Shown piece by piece: positions 51,940 through 63,125 of a stretch of 64,000 nucleotides of DNA (position 1 is its first letter; the number at the start of each line of letters is the position of its first letter). Made by a program: the position numbers and the translations under genes. The DNA is from Nostoc sp. DedSLP01. GTDB taxonomy: Bacteria; Cyanobacteriota; Cyanobacteriia; Cyanobacteriales; Nostocaceae. The notes beneath the pieces were generated by a model that had not been told where the DNA came from, made no database searches, and worked only from the letters and a program-made list of their open reading frames with translations. Location of the stretch: NCBI GenBank assembly GCA_034530875.2, contig JAVRCJ020000014.1, positions 1 to 64,000 on the forward strand, given 5' to 3'.

Positions 51940-53640
51940 ATGGCACTGCCTCTTGTGTCTGTTCCCATGAAGAAAAATAAGAAGCCGTCTTTGGTACTGG
52001 CGCTTTCGGCTGCTGGATTATTAATTGGTGGAGGAAGTGCAGCATATTGGTTGCTAACCCAAAGACAACCATCTTGGGATGATTTGCTAGTAGGTGCAAA
52101 TATTATTCCTGGCGATGCTCTATTTGCAGTTTCTTTAACAACAGATCCCCAGCAATGGCAGAAATTACGGGAGTTTGGAACTAAAGAAACGCAAGCAGAA
52201 CTAGATAAAAATTTAGTCCAGTTGCGCGATCGCTTTCTCACTAATAATGGTTACGACTTCCAAAAAGATATTGCTCCTTGGGTAGGCAATAACGTTACAA
52301 TTGCGATTCTCGCGCCCAAAACAGCGAGTAAATCTGTACCCAAACCAGTTACCACCGATGAAAATGTTGCTGTCGAACAGCAGTCGATGGTAATGGTATT
52401 GCCAGTTAAAAATCCAGAAATAGCCAAAAGCGTCTTCGCACAACCCAAAGCCCTCAAAGAAGGAAAATGGGTTGAGCGCACTTATCAAGGAATTGCTATC
52501 AAACAAAATCAGGGACAAACAGGAGAAAACTTTTCCGCAGCATTGCTAGATGGGCGTTTCTTAGTGATAACTGATAGTCCCAAAGCCACAGAACGAGCTA
52601 TTGATGCCTACAAAAATCAAACATCCCTAGCCACAACAGGGGGTTTTGCGGAAAATTTCCCGAAAATTGCCAACAAACAGCCCTTTGCCCAGTTTTACGT
52701 CAATGTACCAACAGCAGCTAAGATAGCCGCTGCTTCTCCCAACCGTCCCTTACCTGCTCAAGTTTTAGCTCAACTGCAAAATAATCAAGGTTTAGCGGCA
52801 TCAATGACGTTGGAACCGGAAGGAATCGGCTTAAAAGGCGTTTCTTGGCTCAATCCTAATAGTCAACGCGTGCTAGCGGTAGAAAACAAGGCCGGGAAAA
52901 TGCCAAGCCGCGTACCAGCAGAAACCTTAATGATGATTTCTGGCGGTAACTTGTACCGATGGTGGGGAGACTATGTTTTAACATCTCAGGGAAATCCCCT
53001 CTCGCCGATCGCACCAGAACAACTACGAGGTGGTGTAAAATCTCTTACCGACCTGGATTTAGATAAAGACTTACTCAGTTGGATGAAAGGTGAGTTTTCC
53101 TTATCACTGATTCCTAATACGCCAAAACAAGATTCACCAGATAATTTTCGTGCGGGTTTACTGTTCATGGTACAGACAAGCGATCGCAAATTAGCTGAAG
53201 AATCCATCAGCCAGCTTGATGAAGTGATGGCAAATCAATACCAGTACCAAGTCCAACTGGCGAAAGTCGCAGGTAAACCTGTTGTTAATTGGGTATCACC
53301 TTATGGCACTTTAGCCGCCACCCACGGCTGGTTAGATGGAGATGTCGCTTTCTTGGTAGTGGGCGCTCCCATCACTGATAAAATCCTTCCCAAACCCAAC
53401 ACTACACTAGCTACTACTCTGCCCTTCCTACAAACAGTGCCTACAGAACTCAATCCCACAAATGGTCAATTTTTCTTGGATGTGGAACGAACTGTGAAAA
53501 ACTTTCCCTTACCAACTCTGATCCCCAATCAACAAATTTTACTAGGTGCAACCCGTTCAATTGGGATGACATCTGCTGTCAGCGACAATCGTAGTCATCG
53601 TTACGACATTTTTATAGCACTCAAAAAAGTGAGTAGATAG
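51940..53640 (+). CDS. DUF3352 family protein
   Basis: N-terminal TM, GANIIP, DIAPWVG and DLLSWMKGEF. Confidence 0.82.
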   Translation: MALPLVSVPMKKNKKPSLVLALSAAGLLIGGGSAAYWLLTQRQPSWDDLLVGANIIPGDALFAVSLTTDPQQWQKLREFGTKETQAELDKNLVQLRDRFLTNNGYDFQKDIAPWVGNNVTIAILAPKTASKSVPKPVTTDENVAVEQQSMVMVLPVKNPEIAKSVFAQPKALKEGKWVERTYQGIAIKQNQGQTGENFSAALLDGRFLVITDSPKATERAIDAYKNQTSLATTGGFAENFPKIANKQPFAQFYVNVPTAAKIAAASPNRPLPAQVLAQLQNNQGLAASMTLEPEGIGLKGVSWLNPNSQRVLAVENKAGKMPSRVPAETLMMISGGNLYRWWGDYVLTSQGNPLSPIAPEQLRGGVKSLTDLDLDKDLLSWMKGEFSLSLIPNTPKQDSPDNFRAGLLFMVQTSDRKLAEESISQLDEVMANQYQYQVQLAKVAGKPVVNWVSPYGTLAATHGWLDGDVAFLVVGAPITDKILPKPNTTLATTLPFLQTVPTELNPTNGQFFLDVERTVKNFPLPTLIPNQQILLGATRSIGMTSAVSDNRSHRYDIFIALKKVSR

Positions 53641-53658
53641 GGGAATGTGGGGTGGCGG

Positions 53659-53777
53659 ATACCAATTCAAAATGACGCTCGTAGACTCGCTAACGCTGCG
53701 CTAACAAAATTAAGAAATCCATGTTTGGCAGCGGTTTCTGAATTGGGATCTGTTTCAAAATTTTAGTGAATTGGTAT
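53659..53777. mobile_element. MITE-like element with 11-bp terminal inverted repeats ATACCAATTCA/TGAATTGGTAT and a nested short repeat
   Basis: Perfect TIRs seen; the same left end recurs at 30433. Confidence 0.6.
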
Positions 53778-53879
53778 GACAGGTACAGGTTTTTTACAAG
53801 AACGCTTCTCTGCTACCCTGCCTCAAGAACTTACACAACGATGGGATATTTTTAGTTACAAGTCCCTTATGTTCAAACT

Positions 53880-54701
53880 TCAATGAGACGAACGAAATAG
53901 ATGACTATGTTCGGGATGATATAAACGCGATCGCCCTGTTGCTGAAGAGAGTGCGGGGCTGATTATATAAAGTGTGGTGCGAATTAGTTTTTCTTGATGA
54001 GTACAATCTGCCATTTGATTGAGAGGCACAACCCTAATTTTTTCATCCGGCCATCCGATGCGGAAGCAGATTGCTACTGGCGTTGTGGCTGGGTAATGTT
54101 CGAGTAATTTGGCTTGGGCATTTTCGATATGACGCGCACTTAAGTATAAGCAAAGGCTAGCCTGATGTGCTGCTAAAGAAGCTAACTCTTCGCGGGCGGG
54201 GACTTCTGTACGTCCGCGGATGCGTGTCAGGATGATGGTTTGGACTAAACCAGGTACAGTCAATTCTGTCTTGAGTTTGGCAGCAGCAGCTTGAAAAGCG
54301 CTGATACCGGGTATGACTTCAAAAGGAATATTTGCCTCTGCTAACAGGTGCATTTGTTCGTGGATAGCGCTATAGAGACTGGGATCGCCCGAATGCAGAC
54401 GGACTAGAGATTTGTGTTGCGATCGCACCTTTTCTACCATAATCGCCAAAATCTCTTCTAAAGTTTGATTTGCGGTTCTAATTATCTCGGCATCTCTTCG
54501 GCAAACTTCTAAAATCTGTTCTGGAATTAAAGAATCAGCAAATAAAATCACATCAGCGACGGCTAATAATTTCTGCGCCTTCACCGTTAATAGATCGGGA
54601 TCTCCGGGGCCTGCTCCGACAATATACACAGATGCTTCGATAGGATATAGCGGTTTTTTATTACTCAAATTTTCTGTATTTTCACTTAAAAAAGCACCCA
54701 C
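53880..54701 (-). CDS. cobM: Precorrin-4 C11-methyltransferase
   Basis: VGAGPGDPDLLT, RLHSGDPSLY and ELTVPGLVQTIILTR. Confidence 0.93.
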   Translation of the reverse strand: MGAFLSENTENLSNKKPLYPIEASVYIVGAGPGDPDLLTVKAQKLLAVADVILFADSLIPEQILEVCRRDAEIIRTANQTLEEILAIMVEKVRSQHKSLVRLHSGDPSLYSAIHEQMHLLAEANIPFEVIPGISAFQAAAAKLKTELTVPGLVQTIILTRIRGRTEVPAREELASLAAHQASLCLYLSARHIENAQAKLLEHYPATTPVAICFRIGWPDEKIRVVPLNQMADCTHQEKLIRTTLYIISPALSSATGRSRLYHPEHSHLFRSSH

Positions 54702-54925
54702 AGCAAACCCTCAAAAAATTTTTTTGTTATTTTCTCAGTATCTTTCCGGATTTACCCTCTTTCCTTAGTAGAGAGTAATGGTAGATGCACCCTGGTTAAG
54801 CCCTAGAGAAAACTCTGGGGCATTTTTTATTTTTGGGCATTGGGCATAAAGCATAGGAAACGAGAAAGATTAAATTTATTCATTTTCCCTTTTCCCTTTA
54901 ACCTTTTCCCCTGTCTCCTCTGCCC

Positions 54926-55801
54926 TCAGCTCCTCAGTTCCCCATCTCTATTAGAAGTAGGAATTACATCAGGCAAAGGACGTTTGAGTAAGTAAAGCCA
55001 AGCTAACCCAAATAATCCGAATAAAATTCCCAGACAACTTACGACTTGTGCCATCTTTAAAGGCCCCAGCATCAAGCTATCAGTGCGAAACCCTTCAATC
55101 CACAGGCGTCCTAAGCTGTAGGCTGGCCAGTAAACTAGAAACAGCGTGCCTACTTTTAGGCGTGGCTTGCCAGATAAAGACCGGAAAAACAAAGTTATTA
55201 GCAGCGCAAACACCATTAAATCCCACAGAGATTCGTAGAGGAAGGTGGGATGGAAGTAATCAAAATTAACATACTCTAGAGGACGACGTTCTGGTGGAAT
55301 ATATAGCTTCCAAGGTAAATCGGTAGGGTCGCCAAAAGCTTCCGAGTTGAAAAAATTGCCCCAACGGCCGATCGCTTGTCCTAAAATCAGCGAAGGCGCT
55401 ACTAAATCGGCCAGTTGCCAGAAAGAAACCTGCTTGACTTTGGCAAAAATTAATGCTGCCAAAACCCCACCAATAATTGCTCCGTGAATGGCAATACCTC
55501 CCTCCCAGATCGCAAAGATTTTTTCTGGAGTTGAGGCATATTTTGACCATTCAAAGAAAACGTAATATAGCCGTGCGCCAGGAATTGCACCAATTAACAA
55601 CCAAAAGAACAAATCGCTTAGCAACTCCGGATTCACGTGACGGCGCTTTGCCAAATATTGGGAAAGGGTGACGCCGATTAAAACTGCTGTGGCAATTAAC
55701 AAGCCATACCAGCGGATAGTCAATGGCCCTATTCTCACCAGAATCGGTCCTGGAGAAGTAAATTGAAACGCCAAGGGCAAGGTGGAAAAATCCAGTGCCA
55801 T
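54926..55801 (-). CDS. lgt: Prolipoprotein diacylglyceryl transferase
   Basis: [30 protein letters not shown] and HPTFLYES. Confidence 0.97.
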   Translation of the reverse strand: MALDFSTLPLAFQFTSPGPILVRIGPLTIRWYGLLIATAVLIGVTLSQYLAKRRHVNPELLSDLFFWLLIGAIPGARLYYVFFEWSKYASTPEKIFAIWEGGIAIHGAIIGGVLAALIFAKVKQVSFWQLADLVAPSLILGQAIGRWGNFFNSEAFGDPTDLPWKLYIPPERRPLEYVNFDYFHPTFLYESLWDLMVFALLITLFFRSLSGKPRLKVGTLFLVYWPAYSLGRLWIEGFRTDSLMLGPLKMAQVVSCLGILFGLFGLAWLYLLKRPLPDVIPTSNRDGELRS

Positions 55802-56202
55802 GAAAAATTACCTAGAAGAGTTCGTTAACTACCCGCGCACTTTACTAAGTACGGAGTTTCTGACGTCTGGAATACCAGATCGACCTTGAATCCTTTACAA
55901 CATTAAACTTCTTGTAGAAGTGGGTAAAGGGTAAAGGACTAAGAAAAAACCTTTTCCCTTTAACATGCATCCCTTTTGTGCATCTTGCAAAAATAGTTTT
56001 GCAAGATATTTATTGTGAAGGCATAGGTAGAAATCCAGAATCCATATTTAGCAGTCTAGTTCCTAACGCTTAGTTGAGCATAACTTGTACCACTAGAACA
56101 ATTGGCTTTAGCATTCTTACTCAGGGTGCAAGATGATAAATTTGAGTAAGTTACACAAAACAGTTTCAATATAAACACTTAAATTAAGTTTGATATATCA
56201 TT

Positions 56203-56754
56203 GTGATTGCGATTTATCCTGGCAGCTTTGACCCCATTACCTTGGGACATCTTGACCTCATCCAGCGTGGCAGTCGGCTATTTGAACGGGTAATTGTCGC
56301 AGTACTGCGGAACCCTAATAAAACACCACTTTTTAGCGTTCAGCAACGGTTAGATCAAATCCGTCTTTCTACAGAACATCTACCTAATGTAGAAGTAGAC
56401 AGCTTTGATGGTCTGACCGTTAATTATGCCCAGATGCGAAATGCACAAGTTTTGCTACGGGGCTTACGGGCTGTGTCAGATTTTGAAGTGGAACTGCAAA
56501 TGGCTCACACAAACAAAACTCTTTCTACCCAAATAGAAACAGTTTTTCTCGCAACCTCAAATGAGTATAGTTTTTTAAGTAGTAGTGTGGTAAAAGAGAT
56601 TGCAAGGTTTGGTGGCTCTATCGATCATCTCGTCCCCCCACACATTGCCCTAGATATATACCAATGCTACAATCACAAATCTCCAATGTTGAACCCAATC
56701 TCAACGGAAGCAACCCTCCCCCTCAAGAGTATGTCGGCGGAGAGGGAAGCATAG
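56203..56754 (+). CDS. coaD: Phosphopantetheine adenylyltransferase
   Basis: [22 protein letters not shown] and SSSVVKE. Confidence 0.97.
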   Translation: MIAIYPGSFDPITLGHLDLIQRGSRLFERVIVAVLRNPNKTPLFSVQQRLDQIRLSTEHLPNVEVDSFDGLTVNYAQMRNAQVLLRGLRAVSDFEVELQMAHTNKTLSTQIETVFLATSNEYSFLSSSVVKEIARFGGSIDHLVPPHIALDIYQCYNHKSPMLNPISTEATLPLKSMSAEREA

Positions 56755-57332
56755 ATATTCAGGAAGAACTCAACCGCCTAGAGGAAATGGTTCTCTCTAG
56801 TCTGAGAATTCCCCTGACGGGACGCACTCTCATCGATGAAGAAAAGCTACTAGATCAGCTTGATTACATCCGCGTTGCTTTGCCAGCACTTTTTCAAGAA
56901 GCAGCAGTAGTTCTCGAACAAAAGGAGGAAATTCTTCTAGAAGCAGAAGAATACGGACAGCAAATAGTTGAAGCCGCCCAAGCGAAAAAAGCGCAAATTT
57001 TAGCTGAAAGCGAGATTATTCAACAGGCACAACAAGAAGCCGAACTAATGCGGCGAAAAGTGCAACAAGAGTGCGATGCAATCATGCAAGAAACCCTCGC
57101 TGAAATTGAACGTAAGCGGTATGCTTGTCAGCAAGAGTTAGAACAAATGCGACAAACTGCGATCGCTCACGCTCAAGAAATTGAAGATGGTGCTGATGCT
57201 TATGCTGATGGCGTCCTAGAAAATATCGAGCACGATCTCAAAGAAATGTTGCGAATTATCACCAACGGACGGCAACAACTCCAAGTTGATAACATGACGC
57301 AACGTAATTCACGTCATGGTCATAAGAGATAG
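56664..57332 (+). CDS. DivIVA-like coiled-coil protein (Cdv3-like)
   Basis: Long coiled coil with GAD.YA motif; overlaps the coaD 3' end. Confidence 0.75.
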   Translation: MLQSQISNVEPNLNGSNPPPQEYVGGEGSIDIQEELNRLEEMVLSSLRIPLTGRTLIDEEKLLDQLDYIRVALPALFQEAAVVLEQKEEILLEAEEYGQQIVEAAQAKKAQILAESEIIQQAQQEAELMRRKVQQECDAIMQETLAEIERKRYACQQELEQMRQTAIAHAQEIEDGADAYADGVLENIEHDLKEMLRIITNGRQQLQVDNMTQRNSRHGHKR

Positions 57333-57723
57333 AGGTTCTGGCAAAATGAGCAAGAATTCTCGGTTGGGTTTGGCGATCGCTTAACCCAACAATTCTTATC
57401 AAAGAAATCTTTGAAATTCCATATACTTTAGTAAAATAGGGACTAAATTAACTGAAACTTTGAAATAGATAAATAGCCTATAGAATAAGACTTTTTTCTC
57501 TGAATCAGGCAAGATTCAGCTACTAACAAATTTAAAATTTTACCTTGTAATTAAACAGGATTATTAATAAATACGGTTAAATTGTAAGAGTATATCTGAC
57601 AAATTTTATTTTAGAATAGCCAAGTTGTGACACTCTGACACGACGATAAGGAGAATGAGGGAGTGAGGCAGTGAGGGAGAATAATTAATAACCAATGCCC
57701 TATGCCCCATTCCCCATTTTTAA

Positions 57724-58329
57724 TTATTTTTGAGATGAGGAAGATGAACCGCCACTTTCTCTCGGGTAGGGAGAATCAACAAAACCCAATTCAAACAATT
57801 GTTTATAAGCTTTCTTACCTAAATCCCGTGTTGGGTTTTGACTCTTAATGATTTGAATCAATAATGGCACTGCTAATTCTGGCTGATTTTGTGCCCGATG
57901 TACCAACGCGAGTTGAAAGGTCGCTTCATCTCGTTTTTGGGCTGTTAATAAAGCTTTTTGACGCTGAGAATCAGAAACTCTATTGTCAATTCCTGAAAAA
58001 CTAGCGTTTAAATCTTGATAAAAATTAGATAGCTGATTGAAAACTTGACGCGCTTCTTGGAGTTTCTTGGCAGCTAAGGTGTAATTTTGAGCAGAAACGG
58101 CTTGTTCTGCATCTTTCATTAAGCGATCGCCCCCTTCAATGCTCAAAAGGCTGTTATTTTGAGTTACCGGACGGAGGTTATTCGGATTGTTGGGATCGAT
58201 GGGTTGTGCTTGGCTGGTAGTGTCTGGTGACTGCAATACCTGAGCATTGACAGGTGAGAGCAAGCTAAGGACTGCTAAGACTGATAAAAAAGCACGGTGC
58301 ATCAAGGTAACAGCGGCAGCAGTGTTCAT
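57724..58329 (-). CDS. Secreted helical (TPR-like) hypothetical protein
   Basis: Signal peptide; LSNFYQDL..SF.G.D and LFELGF. Confidence 0.8.
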   Translation of the reverse strand: MNTAAAVTLMHRAFLSVLAVLSLLSPVNAQVLQSPDTTSQAQPIDPNNPNNLRPVTQNNSLLSIEGGDRLMKDAEQAVSAQNYTLAAKKLQEARQVFNQLSNFYQDLNASFSGIDNRVSDSQRQKALLTAQKRDEATFQLALVHRAQNQPELAVPLLIQIIKSQNPTRDLGKKAYKQLFELGFVDSPYPRESGGSSSSSQK

Positions 58330-58632
58330 GGGGTCAATTTAGTGCAACAACTATATAGAAAAGTTATGGATACTTCGGGTATCTTAACTCTGTTTTGGTT
58401 TTGGTCAAAGCAAAACCACATAACTAAGTTTCTCAGATTTAGACTAAAAATTACTCGGATAGAGTTCCCATTGCCGCTGTATAATTGCGATCGCACACTA
58501 ATTGTGTGTTTTGTAGTCAGAAATTACTTATTTGCCCAAAAACTCCCAGTTTGACAGAACACTCTCTCAATAGAGGCAAATATTATAGATATACATCCTC
58601 AAAAGTTTGCAAAATATCATTAATTTTTTTTT

Positions 58633-58744
58633 GGCGTTACTGAATTGCAGCATGAATACATACGTAGAGACGTTGCATTGCAACGTCTCTACAAGGATTT
58701 TGATATTACGCACAATCGTTTTCATACATCAAATCAGCAACGCG
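58633..58744. mobile_element. MITE-like element with imperfect TIRs and an internal perfect GTAGAGACG hairpin
   Basis: GCGTTACTGA...TCAGCAACGC ends; hairpin at 58664-58692. Confidence 0.55.
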
Positions 58745-58840
58745 ATTTTTTTGGTAGCTGATGCAAGCTAAATATAACAGTTAGTAATTAGTACCAAAGC
58801 TTGAAACTATCTATTGCTTAGTTCTAAAATTTTTCTGTCA

Positions 58841-59623
58841 TTAGCTGTTTTGATACTCTTGACGAGATCGGGAATTGGTAATTTCTGCAAATGTATGATT
58901 GGTAATCTCTGTTTCTTGATGAGTTAATTGTTGCAGCGCTTTTGCTAAATCAGCTGTCAGACTTTTAGCATCTTGTTTGATACAGCCACACATATAATCC
59001 TTAACTTTTATGGGAGAACCAATGTGAATGCTCACATCCGTACCCCAACTAGGATATGGTTGGCCGTAATTAATGCTTATAGGTACAATTTTTACTCCTA
59101 GTTCGCGATCGCTAGATTCAGCACTCAATGCCAAACGTGCAATTCCTGACTTCAAAGGAGCTTGATTGTGACGGTAAATATTACCTTCTGGAAAAATCAC
59201 TACGGCTTTTCGCTGTTTGAGCAGCTCGACTCCATGTCGTAGAGTGCGAATTGATGGGTGTCGAGTATTTACAGGAAAACCCCCCAAACGTCGCACAAAC
59301 CAGCCTTGCAGTCCTTGGCATTCGTCACTAGTGACCATAAACCGCAGGTCTTTCGCTGTTATACAATCAGCAACGGCGTAGGGTACAAGCAGTGCATCCC
59401 AACGCGCTCTATGGGTAGGAGCGAAGATAACAGGCCCGGTTGTGGGGATATTTTTTTGTCCGGTTATTCTAATTCGCCCAAAGAAGAATGGTAGTAGGCA
59501 GTGACGACCCAATAAATACGCTAAAGGACTTAACCAGGGAGAAACCCTTGAGGTAGCATCATCTGTTTGAGTATTTACTGGTGTCTGTTGGCAAGTATCA
59601 AATAAAGAGTAAAATTCCATCAT
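58841..59623 (-). CDS. 1-acyl-sn-glycerol-3-phosphate acyltransferase family
   Basis: PTHRARWD (HX4D) and IFPEG. Confidence 0.9.
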   Translation of the reverse strand: MMEFYSLFDTCQQTPVNTQTDDATSRVSPWLSPLAYLLGRHCLLPFFFGRIRITGQKNIPTTGPVIFAPTHRARWDALLVPYAVADCITAKDLRFMVTSDECQGLQGWFVRRLGGFPVNTRHPSIRTLRHGVELLKQRKAVVIFPEGNIYRHNQAPLKSGIARLALSAESSDRELGVKIVPISINYGQPYPSWGTDVSIHIGSPIKVKDYMCGCIKQDAKSLTADLAKALQQLTHQETEITNHTFAEITNSRSRQEYQNS

Positions 59624-59735
59624 GATGGAGACAGCTGAGTGACGGATACAATTTAACGAAAAGCCTGATTAGTTCCACCGTAGATTCTCTTGCGTGGGTT
59701 GTGCCATCTTCGATGGACACTTTTACCTCTGTCTG

Positions 59736-60221
59736 TTATTTTCTCTTAGATCGCTTAGTTGCAAACCAAGCTTGTAATTGTTGGCGACAAGCTGATTCTA
59801 GAATGCCTCCGATTACCTGTAAGCGGTGATTAGAAGCAGCACTATCGGGTATGTTCGTAACTGTACGAACTGCGCCAGTTTTTGTATCGTCCACCCCGTA
59901 TACTAGTAGTCCTAAACGCGCTTGGACGATCGCGCCCGCACACATCGGACAAGGTTCCAAAGTTACGTACAGCGTACAATCATTAAGATGCCAATTTTGT
60001 AAACTCGTGGCAGCTGCCCTCAGAGCCAGAATTTCCGCGTGAGCAGTGGGGTCTCGATCGCGCTCTTTTCTGTTTTCTGCTTCGGCAATTTCATTTCCAC
60101 TTGAATTGATAATAACAGCACCTACAGGAACTTCACCTGCATCACCTGCTGCTTTTGCTAATTCTAGGGCACGACTCATCCATTTTTGATGTATGAGATA
60201 ATCACCATATTTATTAACCAT
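59736..60221 (-). CDS. tadA: tRNA adenosine(34) deaminase
   Basis: EVPVGAV, DPTAHAE and TLEPCPMC. Confidence 0.95.
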   Translation of the reverse strand: MVNKYGDYLIHQKWMSRALELAKAAGDAGEVPVGAVIINSSGNEIAEAENRKERDRDPTAHAEILALRAAATSLQNWHLNDCTLYVTLEPCPMCAGAIVQARLGLLVYGVDDTKTGAVRTVTNIPDSAASNHRLQVIGGILESACRQQLQAWFATKRSKRK

Positions 60222-60518
60222 CCTGAAGTAATAAAAAAATTTTATAAAAGTTTCACACCCTAATTTTGTCATTAGTCATTATGTCTTTTACCCAATGACC
60301 AATGACTACTTGAAAATAGGGAGTAGGGAATGGGGAATAGGGAAAAAAAATTTTCATTGTTCCTTGTGAGCGCAACTTATGGAGTAAGAGCGCAAAAAGA
60401 GTTTTGCACTCTTGGGGCAAAGGTATGCATGTAAAAGAGAAAGGGTTTTTTCTTATCCCTTTCCCCTTTACCCTTTACCCTTTACCCGACTTCTGCAAGA
60501 AGTCTAATGACTAAGTAA

Positions 60519-60824
60519 CTATTGAGCTAACAGAGGATCGAGCTGACTTTGTGTATCTAGTTGATAAAGATCGTCACAACCACCAATGTGTTGGTTATTG
60601 ATAAAAATTTGTGGTACGGTGCGGCGTCCGTTAGCGCGTTCTGCCATTTTCGCTCTAGCTGCTTCATCGCCGTCGATTTTATATTCGGTAAAGTTTACAC
60701 CTTTCCACCACAGCAGCATCTTCGCTCGAATGCAGTAAGGGCAAGTTTGCCATGTGTAGATTTCGACGTTGGCTTTAACTCGCTCTGGATGACGGTTTAA
60801 AAGAGGATTTAGAAAGTCCAGCAT
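60519..60824 (-). CDS. grxC: Glutaredoxin 3
   Basis: CPYC, TVPQIFI and GGCDDL. Confidence 0.93.
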   Translation of the reverse strand: MLDFLNPLLNRHPERVKANVEIYTWQTCPYCIRAKMLLWWKGVNFTEYKIDGDEAARAKMAERANGRRTVPQIFINNQHIGGCDDLYQLDTQSQLDPLLAQ

Positions 60825-61002
60825 TTTTAATCTTCAGCAAGATTTTAACTATGTTTCTAGCTTAAATCTTTACTATAGAACTCATATTTGAATTCTGAAA
60901 AAAATCAGTACACCCAAACAAGGCTTCTTTCCTACTCCCCACTCCCTACTCCCTGTCTACGCAAGTAAATTCACAAATCAAACCAGATTCCTATAGCATT
61001 AC

Positions 61003-61575
61003 TTAGCGCATCGGCGCCGGAACCCACTTTTGGAAACCTTCTAAATGATTCCAGTAAGACAAATATCCAGTAAAAGCCCAAATTAAAGCGGCTACTATTA
61101 AGACAGCGACACCAATTAGACGCCAAGTTCTGTTGGTTTTCCAGTAGAGAGTGGGTGCAGCAAATACACCAGCTAACCCTGTGAGAATAAAACCGAGTCC
61201 TGACAAAAACGGTTGTTTTGTCATATTCAAATTGATGATGCGGATACCTATGACGATCGCTACTAAACCAGCAAAAAAACCGTAAACTGCCACTGTGAAT
61301 AAATCCCAACCTACAGCAAGAGCGATCGCTGCTGCAACAAACAAGATGCCAAATAAAACGCTTGTTTCTCCGTAGGCAATGTTAAAACTACCAGTAATCG
61401 GCCAAGTGAAACTCATGTGTAAACCAGTAGTTAAGGCGATCGCACCCACGATTCCAAATCCGGGAATCCACTGTTTTTGATGTGAGCTATCTATCCCACG
61501 ATACACATAATCAGCTAGTATAAATAAACCGGCCACCATGTTAATTAACATGAGTGTGATGTAGTCGATAAACAC
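61003..61575 (-). CDS. DUF981 family membrane protein
   Basis: MFIDYITLML and TWP..GSFNI.YGE; multi-TM. Confidence 0.75.
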   Translation of the reverse strand: MFIDYITLMLINMVAGLFILADYVYRGIDSSHQKQWIPGFGIVGAIALTTGLHMSFTWPITGSFNIAYGETSVLFGILFVAAAIALAVGWDLFTVAVYGFFAGLVAIVIGIRIINLNMTKQPFLSGLGFILTGLAGVFAAPTLYWKTNRTWRLIGVAVLIVAALIWAFTGYLSYWNHLEGFQKWVPAPMR

Positions 61576-61890
61576 GATTCACCTCTTAATGCTTTTTTGG
61601 GTTGATTATGAATTATCTGAGATTACACTGTTACACTTCTAAATATCTAAAAATACCCATAAGCACAGATTAACATTACGACAAGTATTTTAAGTATTTA
61701 TTCTCACCAGTACTAGGGTAAAGCGAAGCTGAGTAGATGTATGAAATTATTGAGAACAGTGTCAATAATTTTCAAGTTGACACTTCGTTAACATTTGTAA
61801 TCGAAATTTGGTAACCGCCCTTTGGTAGACTTAAAGACTGAAATAGCCAGATAAAGTATCGCAAATTCAAGCAGTTGAGAGGGTAGCTCT

Positions 61891-62928
61891 GTGGAAAATA
61901 CACTTGGGTTAGAGATTATTGAGGTAGTAGAGCAAGCGGCGATCGCATCCGCCAAGTGGATGGGTAAAGGCGAAAAGAACACTGCTGACCAGGTAGCAGT
62001 GGAAGCCATGCGGGAACGGATGAACAAAATCTACATGCGGGGTCGCATCGTGATTGGGGAAGGCGAACGCGACGACGCTCCGATGCTTTACATCGGAGAA
62101 GAAGTTGGTATCTGTACCCAACCAAATGCCACAGACTTCTGTAACCCTGATGAACTAATTGAAATTGACATCGCCGTTGACCCGTGTGAAGGTACAAACT
62201 TGGTAGCCTACGGACAACCAGGTTCGATGGCTGTGTTGGCAATTTCAGAAAAGGGCGGATTGTTTGCTGCTCCCGACTTTTACATGAAGAAACTAGCTGC
62301 ACCCCCCGCAGCCAAGGGTAAGGTAGACATCAACAAGTCAGCAACAGAAAACCTCAAGATTCTCTCTGAGTCTCTAGACCGGGCAATTGATGAACTTGTG
62401 GTAGTTGTCATGAAGCGCGATCGCCACAATGATTTAATTAAAGAAATTCGTAACGCTGGAGCGAGAGTACAACTAATTTCCGATGGTGACGTGGGTGCAG
62501 CCTTATCTTGTGGTTTTGCCGGAACTAATATCCACGCCCTCATGGGTATCGGTGCGGCTCCAGAAGGCGTAATCTCCGCAGCAGCAATGCGTGCTTTGGG
62601 CGGACACTTCCAAGGCCAATTGATCTACGATCCAGAAGTAGTGAAAACAGGTCTGATTGGAGAAAGCAAAGAAGCTAACCTCGATCGCTTGAAGTCTATG
62701 GGTATCAATGACCCCGATAAAGTCTACGATGCTCACGAACTCGCATCTGGTGAAACTGTTTTGTTTGCTGCTTGCGGTATCACCTCTGGTAACCTCATCG
62801 AAGGTGTACGCTTCTTCAACGGTGGCGCAAGAACTCAAAGCTTGGTAATTTCTAACCAATCAAAAACTGCTCGGTTTGTTGATACTATCCACATGTTTGG
62901 CGAACCGAAGACCCTCCAACTGGTGTAA
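61891..62928 (+). CDS. glpX: Class II fructose-1,6-/sedoheptulose-1,7-bisphosphatase
   Basis: [26 protein letters not shown] and GAAPEGVI. Confidence 0.97.
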   Translation: MENTLGLEIIEVVEQAAIASAKWMGKGEKNTADQVAVEAMRERMNKIYMRGRIVIGEGERDDAPMLYIGEEVGICTQPNATDFCNPDELIEIDIAVDPCEGTNLVAYGQPGSMAVLAISEKGGLFAAPDFYMKKLAAPPAAKGKVDINKSATENLKILSESLDRAIDELVVVVMKRDRHNDLIKEIRNAGARVQLISDGDVGAALSCGFAGTNIHALMGIGAAPEGVISAAAMRALGGHFQGQLIYDPEVVKTGLIGESKEANLDRLKSMGINDPDKVYDAHELASGETVLFAACGITSGNLIEGVRFFNGGARTQSLVISNQSKTARFVDTIHMFGEPKTLQLV

Positions 62929-63125
62929 TTTTTGGGGAATGGGGAATGGTAATACTACGGGCGAAACATTCAAATGCTTCACTCGTTAAGTAGTTAGTAG
63001 TTAGTAGTTAGTAATTAATTTTTGTTTGTTGCTTGGAAAAACTACCAAGCAACAACCTCTAATTCCCCATTCCCTAGTTTCATCCCCTAATTATCAACTA
63101 CCAACTAGTAACTACGATTTAGCAA

